The position numbers and the translations under genes were made by a program. Below, in pieces: positions 1-9,314 of a stretch of 64,000 bases of DNA (positions are counted from its first letter, which is position 1; each line of letters starts with the position of its first letter). This DNA is from Candidatus Nomurabacteria bacterium RIFCSPLOWO2_01_FULL_41_18 (GTDB taxonomy: Bacteria > Patescibacteriota > Minisyncoccia > Phycocordibacterales > UBA9973), in the NCBI GenBank assembly GCA_001785865.1, contig MFUZ01000006.1:45674-109673 (forward strand), read 5' to 3'. A model generated the notes under the pieces. That model did not search any database. It had not been told where the DNA came from and saw only the letters and a program-made list of their open reading frames with translations.

Positions 1-99
1 AATTTTTGCCGTGCAAAATAAAAGCCGAAGGTTCTAAACGCAGTCGAAGGACGCAAGTTATTTTTAATGAACCAGTCTTAGTCGCCGCGGGTCAATCCT

Positions 100-627
100 G
101 TGTCATCTTCGATGGGAATATTTGTCTTGGAGGGGGAGTTGTTGTATAATGAATGTATGATACAATTTTTTGCACAAAACAATGAGATTATTATAAGGTT
201 ATTGGTGGCGGTAGGACTAGGATTGTTAATAGGCGTAGAGAGAGCATTAGTTCACAAAGAAGCGGGAATGAAGACACACGCCTTGGTCTCTTTGGGATCT
301 GCGGTGTTTATAGTCGTTTCTCAAATGATATCTCTCAGGTATCCGAACGTGGTAGGGTTTGACCCTTCCCGCATCGCTTCTCAGGTAATTGTCGGCATAG
401 GTTTTCTCGGCGCAGGTTCGATAATCTTGCAAGGCAACAAGCTCCTCGGTCTGACCACAGCCGGCGGACTTTGGGTCACCGCTGCGGTCGGCATGGCCGC
501 TGGGTTCGGATTCTATGGCTTGGCGGTTGTTACCACCATTCTCGTGCTCCTAGTGCTCATCTTAGTTAATTTATTTGAAAACCCTATTAGAAAAATTACT
601 GGTGAAAGGGATCACAAAAAGGACTAG
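100..627 (+). CDS. MgtC/SapB-family membrane protein
   Basis: Motif GLLIGVERALVHKEAGMKTHALV matches the MgtC GxER...AG(L/M)(R/K)TH signature, followed by hydrophobic TM segments. The true start may be an internal Met. Confidence 0.65.
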   Translation: MSSSMGIFVLEGELLYNECMIQFFAQNNEIIIRLLVAVGLGLLIGVERALVHKEAGMKTHALVSLGSAVFIVVSQMISLRYPNVVGFDPSRIASQVIVGIGFLGAGSIILQGNKLLGLTTAGGLWVTAAVGMAAGFGFYGLAVVTTILVLLVLILVNLFENPIRKITGERDHKKD

Positions 628-641
628 AAATAAAAAGTTGT

Positions 642-2300
642 ATGCAATCAGATGAAATTAGGAAAAGATTTTTAAAATTTTTCGAACATAAGTCGCATGG
701 AGGACATAAAATAATTCCTCCATCTTCTCTTATTCCCGGAGATCCGACAGTGCTGTTCACGACTGCTGGCATGCAACAATTCAAGCCATATTATACAAAT
801 CCGCAAGACGCGGATAAAGACTTTGGTGGCAGAAATATAGCTACGGTGCAGAAATGTGTCCGCACGGGAGACATAGACGAAGTGGGCGATGCCACCCATC
901 TGACTTTTTTTGAAATGCTAGGCAACTTTTCCTTCGGAGGATATTGGAAGAAAGAGGCCATAGGGTATGCACATGAATTTATAACCAAAGAGCTTGGGCT
1001 CGTGATCGATTATGTGTCTATTTTTAAAGACGATACAACTCAAATTCCTGCTGATGAAGAATCAAGACAAATCTGGCAATCAATAGATAAAAATATAGTA
1101 ATAAAAGAACACAAAAAAGAAGATAATTTCTGGGGTCCGACTGGAGACGAAGGTCCATGTGGTCCAACGACAGAAATATATATAAATGGTGTTGAAATAT
1201 GGAATATAGTTTTTAATGAATTTTATAAAACCAAAGAAGGAAAATATAATCCGCTGTCTGTGAGAGGTATTGATACAGGTATGGGTTTAGAACGGCTTTT
1301 AGTGCAAGTGCAGAAGAAAGATAATGTCTATGAGACGGATTTGTTTGATAACGAAAAAACGAAAGAAGAAAGAATTGTTGCAGATCATGTAAAAGCATCA
1401 CTTTTCATGATTTCTGATGGTGTGGTTCCTTCCAATACCGGACGAGGGTACATTTTGCGTAGATTAATAAGGCGAGCAGTCAGATTTTCTAAACAACCAT
1501 TAGTTCAGGAAATTGAAAAAATGAAAAAAGTATATGAAGGAGTATATATATTAGATGGCAAAGGAGAGATAGAGAAAGAAGAAAATAAGTTTAGAGAAAC
1601 TCTTGAAAAAGGAATGAAAGAATTCGCTAAAGGGACTGACCCGTATGTTCTTTTCACTACTTATGGCTTTCCGCTAGAGTTGACGGAAGAATTAGCAAAG
1701 GAAAAAGGTGTAGGAATAGATAAAGTAGATTTCAATAAAAAAATGGCTGAGCATCAGAAACTTTCACAGACATCTTCAGCTGGCATGTTCAAGGGAGGTC
1801 TAGCAAATCACAACGAAAAGACAATTAAACTGCATACTGCTCACCACTTGCTCCTTGCGGGCCTGCAGGCCGTTCTCAGCCCCGAAATCAAACAAAGGGG
1901 GAGTAATATAACTGAAGAACGTTTAAGAATAGACTTTCTTTGCGATCATAAATTAACTGATGAAGAAAAAAAGAAAGTGGAAGATTGGGTGAATGATAAA
2001 ATTAAACAAGGTCTAAATGTTGTGCGTAAAGAGATGCCACTTACGGAGGCGCAAAAAATCGGCGCAGAAATGGAATTCGGCACCAAATATCCAGAAACTG
2101 TTTCCATCTATTTTATAGAAGACCAGAATGGCAATCCAATTTCCAAAGAATTCTGTGGTGGCCCGCATGTCGAGAACACTAGCGAATTAGCTAGTGTCCG
2201 AGATCCCGAGGGAAACTCGAGGGATAGTGGTCCATTTAAGATCCAAAAAGAAGAAGCAGTTGCGCAAGGAATTAGGCGCATAAAAGCTGCCTTAATATGA
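642..2300 (+). CDS. alaS: alanyl-tRNA synthetase, compact form (catalytic core plus editing HxxxH/CxxxH; no C-Ala domain)
   Basis: N-terminus IRKRFLKFFEHKSH...DPTVLFTTAGMQQFKP and GIDTGMGLERL are AlaRS class II motifs. The editing domain shows HTAHHLL and CGGPHV. At 552 aa it is much shorter than a typical ~870 aa AlaRS. Confidence 0.8.
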   Translation: MQSDEIRKRFLKFFEHKSHGGHKIIPPSSLIPGDPTVLFTTAGMQQFKPYYTNPQDADKDFGGRNIATVQKCVRTGDIDEVGDATHLTFFEMLGNFSFGGYWKKEAIGYAHEFITKELGLVIDYVSIFKDDTTQIPADEESRQIWQSIDKNIVIKEHKKEDNFWGPTGDEGPCGPTTEIYINGVEIWNIVFNEFYKTKEGKYNPLSVRGIDTGMGLERLLVQVQKKDNVYETDLFDNEKTKEERIVADHVKASLFMISDGVVPSNTGRGYILRRLIRRAVRFSKQPLVQEIEKMKKVYEGVYILDGKGEIEKEENKFRETLEKGMKEFAKGTDPYVLFTTYGFPLELTEELAKEKGVGIDKVDFNKKMAEHQKLSQTSSAGMFKGGLANHNEKTIKLHTAHHLLLAGLQAVLSPEIKQRGSNITEERLRIDFLCDHKLTDEEKKKVEDWVNDKIKQGLNVVRKEMPLTEAQKIGAEMEFGTKYPETVSIYFIEDQNGNPISKEFCGGPHVENTSELASVRDPEGNSRDSGPFKIQKEEAVAQGIRRIKAALI

Positions 2301-2410
2301 AACAAGGAGATAATTTCTATTATTCACAGCTCAATTTGTTAAAATCGGTAGGGGGAGTATACTTATAGTTAGTATTTAAAATTATTAATTTATTAGGTCT
2401 AATTAAATAT

Positions 2411-4645
2411 ATGAAAAAATATACTTTGTTTTTGTTTGCCTTTGCCTTCGTTCTAGGCCTTTTTAATATTAATGTGAATTCTGTGAGTGCGCAGACAACT
2501 AGCCCAACAATTAACTCATTCACTCCGGCTTTTGGTCCCGTTGGCACAACAATAAAAGTAAATGGAAGTGGTTTCGCTCCTTCCGCAATGGTATTTTTTA
2601 TGAGTGTAGAAGCTGGGGGCGGTCTTCAAGTTCCAGCAACTGTTGTAAGCAGTAGTGAAATTCAATTTGTCGCTGATATTGATCCTTATTCTCCTTTTGG
2701 AGCCTATTATATTGTTGTAGCTAATAATTATGGCAGTCCATTCGCTCGATCGTCAACCAATTTTATGCTAACGGAACTTAATCCTCAAATTGATTACGTT
2801 TATGATAGTCAGTTCGGAACCCTGGGTTTTAGTAATGGTGAATTCTATCTTCCATCCGCAGTCGCCTTAGATTCCTCAGGCAACATATATGTAGCAGATA
2901 AACGCCGTGTCCAAAAGTTCAACTCCTCTGGTGTTTACCAATCTCAATTCGGTACTGTAGGTTCAGGTAATGGGCAATTTAGTGAACCAGTTGCACTTGC
3001 CATAGATTCTTCAAATAATATTTACGTAGTGGATTTTTCACTAAATCGTGTCCAAAAGTTCAACTCCTCTGGTGTTTACCTTTCTCAATTCGGTAGTGCA
3101 GGTTCAGGTAATGGGCAGTTTAATCAACCATCCGATATCACTATCGATTCTTCAGGTAATATTTATATTGTCGAGACAGGCAACCATCGTGTCCAAAAGT
3201 TCAACTCCTCTGGTGTTTACCTTTCTCAATTCGGTAGTGCAGGTTCAGGCAATGGGCAGTTTAATCAAGGTGTGGGGATTGCTCACGACTCTTTGAATAA
3301 TATTTATGTCACTGACATGGCTAATAATCGTGTCCAAAAGTTCAACTCCTCTGGTGTTTACCTTTCTCAATTCGGTACTGCAGGTTCAGGTAATGGTCAG
3401 TTTAGTCAACCTACCGCAATTAATGTCGATTCCTCAGGTAATATTCTTGTGGCTGAATTTGGCAACCACCGTGTCCAAAAGTTTAACTCCTCTGGTGTTT
3501 ACCAATCTCAATTCGGTACTGCAGGTGCAGGTGACGGGCAGTTTGTTCAAGCGGTTGGGATGACTCTTGATTCTTCGGGTAATATTTATGTAGTTGATTT
3601 CGAATTAGGTCGTGTCCAAAAGTTTACTGTAACTCGTCCAACCGTCACCCTTACCTCATACATAAAAGGTACAGGTACTGGATCCATCTCATCCACCCCA
3701 GAATTAGGATCATGTAATTCAACAACCAAATCATGCAGTGTCACGGTACCAAAAGGTACTGTAGTAACACTCAAATCTGTGAACCTTCCAGCCAATTCTA
3801 CATTCGTTGGATGGTCAGGAGCATGTAGTGGTAAAAACACTTGTGCTGTTACTGTGAATGCAGATACTTCTGTCACTGCTACATTTAATCTTTTAAGGAC
3901 CATTCTGCCAACGGTAGAAATAACAGCATCACCAAATACCATCAGTGCGGGTGACAAATCAAACATTTCATGGACGTCCACAAACGCTACTGTTTGTAAT
4001 AGTTCAGGAAACTGGCCTGCTTCAAGATCTAATACAAGAGCAACATCTGGTTCTCTTTCAGTAAATCCAACAATTACTTCAACATATAGTTTGACTTGTA
4101 TTAATTCTGGAGGAACAGGTAAAACTGCTTCAACAACTGTGACGGTTACTCCAGTCATTCCAACTCCTCAACCAGTCAAAGTCTCACTTTCCATCCAAGG
4201 AGATGGCGAAATAACTTCAAGTTCAAATGTTCAATTTGTCTGCGATAATAGTACTGTTGGTTACACAAACTGCACCGCCTCAATTGTTCCTGGTACTTCA
4301 GTAACTTTCACCGAAAGTCATGATGCCGACAACAACATATTTGGTGGCTGGGGTGGAGGTATGTCTGGTTTTGAAGAAGGAACTAGTTGTTCTCAAACGA
4401 GGGAAAAAACATTTGACGCAACCTGCACTATCACTATTCCTAATGACCCTAACACTCTCATTATTGGTAACTTCATCCAAGCACCTACCAAATCAACCGC
4501 GCCTACTTCATCTCTCCAGAACTTCCTTGCTTCTGTTGTTTTAGTGGCAGGTATACCATGGACTTGGGTAATTGTCTTTATTGCTCTAATTATTATTTTG
4601 ATAATTAACTACGTGGTAGTTAACAGGAAAAAAGGGGGGAAATAA
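2411..4645 (+). CDS. secreted NHL-repeat surface protein with Ig-like and InlB-B-repeat-like modules and a C-terminal TM anchor
   Basis: Signal peptide (MKKYTLFLFAFAFVLGLF...SA). Six ~47-aa NHL-type repeats (G..NGQF..P.....DSSGNIYV.D..N.RVQKF). CxxC-containing beta-sandwich-like modules (GTVVTLKSVNLPANSTFVGWSGACSG..CAVTV). C-terminal hydrophobic helix followed by NRKKGGK. Confidence 0.8.
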   Translation: MKKYTLFLFAFAFVLGLFNINVNSVSAQTTSPTINSFTPAFGPVGTTIKVNGSGFAPSAMVFFMSVEAGGGLQVPATVVSSSEIQFVADIDPYSPFGAYYIVVANNYGSPFARSSTNFMLTELNPQIDYVYDSQFGTLGFSNGEFYLPSAVALDSSGNIYVADKRRVQKFNSSGVYQSQFGTVGSGNGQFSEPVALAIDSSNNIYVVDFSLNRVQKFNSSGVYLSQFGSAGSGNGQFNQPSDITIDSSGNIYIVETGNHRVQKFNSSGVYLSQFGSAGSGNGQFNQGVGIAHDSLNNIYVTDMANNRVQKFNSSGVYLSQFGTAGSGNGQFSQPTAINVDSSGNILVAEFGNHRVQKFNSSGVYQSQFGTAGAGDGQFVQAVGMTLDSSGNIYVVDFELGRVQKFTVTRPTVTLTSYIKGTGTGSISSTPELGSCNSTTKSCSVTVPKGTVVTLKSVNLPANSTFVGWSGACSGKNTCAVTVNADTSVTATFNLLRTILPTVEITASPNTISAGDKSNISWTSTNATVCNSSGNWPASRSNTRATSGSLSVNPTITSTYSLTCINSGGTGKTASTTVTVTPVIPTPQPVKVSLSIQGDGEITSSSNVQFVCDNSTVGYTNCTASIVPGTSVTFTESHDADNNIFGGWGGGMSGFEEGTSCSQTREKTFDATCTITIPNDPNTLIIGNFIQAPTKSTAPTSSLQNFLASVVLVAGIPWTWVIVFIALIIILIINYVVVNRKKGGK
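2906..3651. repeat. tandem 141-bp DNA repeats (six units) encoding the NHL repeats
   Basis: The anchor cgtgtccaaaagtt(c/t)aactcctctggtgtttacc recurs at 2906, 3047, 3188, 3329, 3470 and 3611, an exact 141-bp period with high nucleotide identity. This also generates spurious alternative-frame ORFs at 3048-3296 and 3306-3563. Confidence 0.8.
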
Positions 4646-4686
4646 AAGCTGTACTCATATAATTCACCTGTGGTATAATTACCGGA

Positions 4687-5886
4687 ATGGGAATTTTTTG
4701 GAATACTAAAAATAAAGGAGATCTAGCGCTGGTTTTTGATATCAGGTCTTGTTCGGTGGGAGCAGCGCTTTTTTTGACGAAAAAAAATGGGATTCCTAAG
4801 ATAATTTTTTCCATTCGGGAACCGATACCCATGGAAGAGAATGTGGAAACCGACAAATTTCTCTCTTCGATGATCAAGGCCTTAGAGAGGGCGGCGAAAA
4901 CGGTAGAGAATGCTCGCATGGGCGCGCCGAAGAGGATTTTTTGTGTTCTTGCTTCGCCCCTTCATTTCTCTCAGACCAGAGTCATAAGGCTTGAAAAGAA
5001 CGCACCCTTCATATTTACCGCGAAGCTAGCCAATGATCTCATTCAGAAGGAGATCTCGCTTTTCGAAGAGGAGCACTCATTGAAATATTCCAATGCTGGC
5101 AGCAAGCTCCGATCCATTGAATTTAAAAATATAAAGACAATGCTGAATGGCTATGAGGCGTCGAACCCGCTCGATCAAAAGGCAAAGGATCTCGAAATGA
5201 GCATTTTTATTTCTATGAGCGGAGAATCTGTTTTGCAGAAAATAGAGGAAACTATCTGCAAGCATTTCAATCAGAGAAAAATAACTTTTTCTTCTTCGCT
5301 GATGGCGTCTTTTGCCGTTGTGCGCGATATGTACATGCATAATGAAAATTTTCTTTTAACCGAGATCGGGGGTGAAGTGACTGATATCTCGATGATAAAA
5401 AAGAATATATTACGCGAATCGATTTCTTTTCCTTTAGGTTTTAATTCTATCGTCCGAGGACTTGCCGCCAGGTCAAACTCTTCTTTTGGCGAGGCTAAAT
5501 CTCTAATTTCTCTATTGAAAGATGAGCATGCCTCGAGTGCGGTGGCAAAAAATTCTGGGCCAGTCATAGATGATTTGAAAAAGGAATGGCTGCTTAAATT
5601 TCAAGAATCTTTATCGCATCTCTCAAACGATATTTCCATCCCGGCGACTATTTATCTAGTGGTGAACGGAGAGATGTCCGGTTTTTTTTCTGAAACGATC
5701 AAGGGCGAACAGTTCAATCAATATACTTTAACGGAATCCAAATTCACTGTTGTCTTTTTAGGTGCGGAAGTTTTTCATGGCATGGCGGTATTCGGAGAAA
5801 ACGTAGTTCGAGACGCGACTCTCGTTGTCGACGCCATCTATGTTAATAGGTTTTTAATTCATTCTCTGCCACCCGAGAAAATATAG
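4687..5886 (+). CDS. actin-fold ATPase-like protein (PilM/FtsA-like)
   Basis: N-terminal LALVFDIRSCSVGAALF (DxGS-like phosphate-1). Second actin-fold motif LLTEIGGEVTDISMIKKNILRESISFPLGFNSI resembles PilM/FtsA vDIGggtTdi...iGG. No ftsZ is adjacent, so PilM is favoured, but only weakly. Confidence 0.4.
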   Translation: MGIFWNTKNKGDLALVFDIRSCSVGAALFLTKKNGIPKIIFSIREPIPMEENVETDKFLSSMIKALERAAKTVENARMGAPKRIFCVLASPLHFSQTRVIRLEKNAPFIFTAKLANDLIQKEISLFEEEHSLKYSNAGSKLRSIEFKNIKTMLNGYEASNPLDQKAKDLEMSIFISMSGESVLQKIEETICKHFNQRKITFSSSLMASFAVVRDMYMHNENFLLTEIGGEVTDISMIKKNILRESISFPLGFNSIVRGLAARSNSSFGEAKSLISLLKDEHASSAVAKNSGPVIDDLKKEWLLKFQESLSHLSNDISIPATIYLVVNGEMSGFFSETIKGEQFNQYTLTESKFTVVFLGAEVFHGMAVFGENVVRDATLVVDAIYVNRFLIHSLPPEKI

Positions 5887-5890
5887 TCAT

Positions 5891-7189
5891 ATGCAAAAGA
5901 ATTTATTACAAGATATGGTCAGAATAAAACGCGCGAGGCAGGGGGTGCAAGCGGCGCCCGAGGTGGAAGTTCGACCCGAGCCACCTGAAAGGCCTAAAAA
6001 AGTTCTACCTATATTTACTACGAAATACAGAGCGAGAGAAGCAACTGATCCAGAAAAACCTGGATCCAAATACAAGCTTTGGTTGGTGGCGGGCGTATCG
6101 ATCATCTTTTTTCTTTTTAGCATTTCATATATTTTTATTAATGCGACGGTTACGGTAAACCCTAAAATAGAAAATTTGGTTCTAAATGAAAATATGACTG
6201 CCAGCTTAGATGGTGGCACAGAAGCACTACCTTTTGATCTAATAGTTATTTCTGGCGAAGAAAACAAGACATTGCAATCGAGCGGGGAAAAAGATGTCTT
6301 AGAAAAAGCTCGTGGAGTCGTCCTGATCTATAATAATTTCAGCACCGCTTCCCAGCGGCTAGATATAGACACCCGTCTCGAAGGGTCAAACGGCAAAATT
6401 TACAAAACAGAAAAACAGGTAATAGTAGGAGGCATAAAAGGTGGCATTCCTGGTTCCGTGGAAGTCGGCATATATGGGGCGCAGGAAGGGGAAGAATACA
6501 ACAGCGGTCCTCTCGACTTTACTATTCTCGGTTTTAAAGGGACGCCGAAATATTCTAAATTCTATGCAAGGTCCGAAGGCGAAATCACTGGGGGATTTAA
6601 AGGTAAAGCGCCCATCATTTCTTCCGCCGAGAAATCTGTTGCTGTAAGCGAGATGAAAACGACTCTAGAAACCAAACTTTTCGAACGAGCTTCTGACCAA
6701 ATTCCGGAAGGGTTTATTTTGTTCAAGGATGCGGTGTTTCTGGATATTAATGAAAATGATATTGATTCGACTCCAGTCAAAGATGATCTGATTTCTTTCG
6801 TCCTCAAAGGCACCTTGTATGGTTTTCTGCTTGAAGAGAGCAGGTTGGCTGAGGAAATCGCAGGAAGGAGGGTGGCGGGATACGACGGTAGCGCAGTGTA
6901 TATCCCAAATATCCGAGACCTGGTTTTATCGCTTTCAAATAAAGAAAATATTTCGGGAGAAGTGAAAAATATCCAATTCAATTTGAAGGGCGATGCAAAT
7001 ATTGTCTCAAAATTGGATGAAGATAAGCTTATAGCCGATCTCATAGGAAAATCCAAAAAAGACTTCAATCAGATTCTCTTAGAATATCCAAATATCATTT
7101 CTGCCAAATTAACCCTCCGGCCCTTCTGGAAAAGATCCTTTCCGGATGAAGCTAAAGATATAAAAGTGATCGTAAATTATCCGCAATGA
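5891..7189 (+). CDS. membrane-anchored hypothetical protein (N-terminal single TM; possible pilus-assembly partner)
   Basis: Basic N-terminus followed by a TM helix (LWLVAGVSIIFFLFSISYIFI) and a large extracytoplasmic domain. Assigned only by its position after the PilM-like gene. Confidence 0.35.
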   Translation: MQKNLLQDMVRIKRARQGVQAAPEVEVRPEPPERPKKVLPIFTTKYRAREATDPEKPGSKYKLWLVAGVSIIFFLFSISYIFINATVTVNPKIENLVLNENMTASLDGGTEALPFDLIVISGEENKTLQSSGEKDVLEKARGVVLIYNNFSTASQRLDIDTRLEGSNGKIYKTEKQVIVGGIKGGIPGSVEVGIYGAQEGEEYNSGPLDFTILGFKGTPKYSKFYARSEGEITGGFKGKAPIISSAEKSVAVSEMKTTLETKLFERASDQIPEGFILFKDAVFLDINENDIDSTPVKDDLISFVLKGTLYGFLLEESRLAEEIAGRRVAGYDGSAVYIPNIRDLVLSLSNKENISGEVKNIQFNLKGDANIVSKLDEDKLIADLIGKSKKDFNQILLEYPNIISAKLTLRPFWKRSFPDEAKDIKVIVNYPQ

Positions 7190-7230
7190 TTCTCTCTTGA
7201 CGGTTATTCCTAATTTTACTATAATACATA

Positions 7231-7476
7231 TTGTACATGAGTGAATTAAAAAATGAAAAATTGTCATCCGTCAGGGGAGTAGTGACCGAGGCATTGCCTA
7301 GCACCCTATTTAGAGTAGAAATAGAAAATAAAAACAGCACCGAAGAAAAAAAGGAAATTTTAGCATATCTGGCCGGCAAAATGAGGATGCATAGAATCAA
7401 AGTTTTAATTGGAGATTCCGTCGAAATCGTACTTGATCCCTACGGAGGCAAGGGCAGGATCGTCAAGAGGCTTTAA
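7231..7476 (+). CDS. infA: translation initiation factor IF-1
   Basis: GVVTEALPSTLFRVEIEN...GKMRMHRIKVLIGDSVEIVLDPYGGKGRIVKR aligns to the IF-1 S1-like fold. It carries a short insertion relative to E. coli IF-1. Confidence 0.85.
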   Translation: MYMSELKNEKLSSVRGVVTEALPSTLFRVEIENKNSTEEKKEILAYLAGKMRMHRIKVLIGDSVEIVLDPYGGKGRIVKRL

Positions 7477-7628
7477 AAAGTTGTGTTATTTCCGATAATG
7501 GTGTATTATATTAGTCAGGGTTTTTAAAAAGGAATAAATGTTTAAAAATAAGGGTTTTCTCCTTGTTTTTGCTTTTGTTCGTATAGGAAGGAACATTTTA
7601 CTTGGTTTATTATTTAATTTTTTATAAG

Positions 7629-7739
7629 ATGAAAATAAGATCGGCGGTAAAAAAAATTTGTGATAATTGCAAAATGGTTAGACGCCAAAGGCATTTAAGA
7701 ATAACTTGTTCAAACCCGAAGCATAAGCAAAAACAATAA
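7629..7739 (+). CDS. rpmJ: ribosomal protein L36
   Basis: Manually translated 36-aa [39 protein letters not shown], the L36 zinc-ribbon pattern. Absent from the ORF track because it is shorter than 60 aa. Canonical position between infA and rpsM. Confidence 0.85.
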   Translation: MKIRSAVKKICDNCKMVRRQRHLRITCSNPKHKQKQ

Positions 7740-7743
7740 TTTA

Positions 7744-8124
7744 ATGAGAATACTTGGAATCACAGTACCAAATGAAAAGAGATTAGAGATCGGGCTCACT
7801 TGCCTCTATGGTATCGGTGTTTCTACTGCTCGTAAAATTTTGGACAAAGTGGGGATCGATCGTGGCCACTATGCCAAGGACCTCACTTTGGATGAAGAAA
7901 ACAAGATCCGCCTATTGATAGAAGAGATACCGATAGAAGGAAATTTGAAAAGGGAGATCTCAGCTAATATCAAGAGATTGAAGGATATCAAAAGTTACCG
8001 AGGCGTTCGCCACATGAAAAGATTGCCGGTCCGCGGACAGAGGACAAAAACAAATTCGAGAACAGTCCGAGGTAATGTGAGAAAGACGATGGCATCAGGT
8101 AAGAGAAAAGAAAGTAAAACATAA
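7744..8124 (+). CDS. rpsM: ribosomal protein S13
   Basis: MRILGITVPNEKRLEIGLTCLYGIGVSTARKIL matches the S13 N-terminus. Basic C-tail. Confidence 0.9.
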   Translation: MRILGITVPNEKRLEIGLTCLYGIGVSTARKILDKVGIDRGHYAKDLTLDEENKIRLLIEEIPIEGNLKREISANIKRLKDIKSYRGVRHMKRLPVRGQRTKTNSRTVRGNVRKTMASGKRKESKT

Positions 8125-8135
8125 AAAAATAGCAA

Positions 8136-8585
8136 ATGGTAAAAGATAAAACAACAGAAGATAAAAAAGAAGATATAAAGAAAGAAACTGCTGTGGGAGT
8201 GGAGGTGAAGCTTGACGCTCCGAAGACACCAAAGAAGAAAGTAATTTCAGGCATTCTTTCCATTGATGCCACATTCAACAACACTAAAGTTCTTTTTGGG
8301 GACAAATCAGGCAATACGTTATTTTGGTCAAGTGCGGGAAGTTTGGGTTTTCGGGGAGCTAAAAAGGGGACCCCTTTCGCAGCTTCCAAAGTGGGCGATG
8401 TGATCGGCGGTAAAGCCGCTATACTCGGAGTCAAAGATGCGGAGGTGGTGGTCCTCGGAGTCGGCTCCGGACGAGAGCCGGCCATCAGAGCCTTCATGGC
8501 TCATGGGATAGAGATCACCGCTATCAGTGATGCGACCCCAGTGCCTCACAACGGACCGAAAGCTAAAAAGCCTAGACGAGTGTAA
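8136..8585 (+). CDS. rpsK: ribosomal protein S11 (with a Lys/Glu-rich N-terminal extension)
   Basis: GILSIDATFNNTKVLFGDKSGNTLFWSSAGSLGFRGAKKGTPFAA...AMAHGIEITAISDATPVPHNG is the S11 core. Confidence 0.9.
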   Translation: MVKDKTTEDKKEDIKKETAVGVEVKLDAPKTPKKKVISGILSIDATFNNTKVLFGDKSGNTLFWSSAGSLGFRGAKKGTPFAASKVGDVIGGKAAILGVKDAEVVVLGVGSGREPAIRAFMAHGIEITAISDATPVPHNGPKAKKPRRV

Positions 8586-8634
8586 AAGAGTCATAAAGTA
8601 GAAAGTTATAAAGTTCATAAAGTAAAAAGAAAAC

Positions 8635-9240
8635 ATGATAAGTAAACCAAAATTTAAAATTTGCAGAAGACTAGGTCCCGGAGTGTACGACAAGTGTCAG
8701 ACCTCCAAGTTTAGAACGGCCTCCACTAAAGGCGGACTTCCGGGCGCGCGCCGTCCAAAGGCGCCTTCTGAATACGGAGCCCAGCTTATTGAAAAACAAA
8801 AAATTCGCTTTTCGTATGGGATCACAGAGCGACAGCTGTCCAACTATGTTAAAAAAGCTTCTAATATCAAAGGTGCCGGTACCGTAGATAAATTTTACGA
8901 AGAGCTCGAGTGTCGCCTAGACAATGTGGTTTACCGAATGGGTCTCAGTCCTAGCCGCCGCGCTGCCCGCCAAATGGTTTCTCACGGGCATTTTATTGTT
9001 AACGACAAAAAGGTAACTATCCCGTCCTATGAATTGAAGGCAGGAGACGTCCTCAAGATTAAAGAAGGATCAAAGCCAAAAAAGTTATTTGCTAATATTG
9101 CGGAAAAGAACAAAGACTACAATCCTCCGGCATGGATCACTTTTGATACCGGCATTATGGAAGGCAAAATCGTAGACAGGCCAAAGAATACCGAGAGTTT
9201 CCTTGATTTGAATGCCGTGCTTGAGTTTTATAGTCGTTAA
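8635..9240 (+). CDS. rpsD: ribosomal protein S4
   Basis: KFKICRRLG...RQLSNYVKKA...S4 domain (GHFIVNDKKVTIPSYELKAGDVL). Confidence 0.9.
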   Translation: MISKPKFKICRRLGPGVYDKCQTSKFRTASTKGGLPGARRPKAPSEYGAQLIEKQKIRFSYGITERQLSNYVKKASNIKGAGTVDKFYEELECRLDNVVYRMGLSPSRRAARQMVSHGHFIVNDKKVTIPSYELKAGDVLKIKEGSKPKKLFANIAEKNKDYNPPAWITFDTGIMEGKIVDRPKNTESFLDLNAVLEFYSR

Positions 9241-9314
9241 TTTATTATTAAAAATTTCCGCTTTAAGCGGAAACTGTGTGCAGAACAAATTAAAAGCTAA
9301 CTTTATATAAAATT

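Noticed and set aside
1-99. Possible Mg2+ riboswitch (M-box) or tRNA upstream of the MgtC-family gene
   Set aside because: Only about 100 nt are available before the window edge, and I cannot match the M-box core. gggtcaatcctg resembles a T-arm only superficially, and no acceptor stem is present.
3048-3563. Two + strand ORFs (3048-3296, 3306-3563) with repetitive SKSSTPLVFTFLNSV sequences
   Set aside because: They are alternative-frame translations of the 141-bp tandem repeats inside the NHL gene, not independent genes.
3586-4158. 190-aa - strand ORF inside the NHL-repeat gene
   Set aside because: It is fully embedded antisense within a well-supported secreted protein gene. It has low-complexity V/T-rich composition typical of a reverse-frame artefact.
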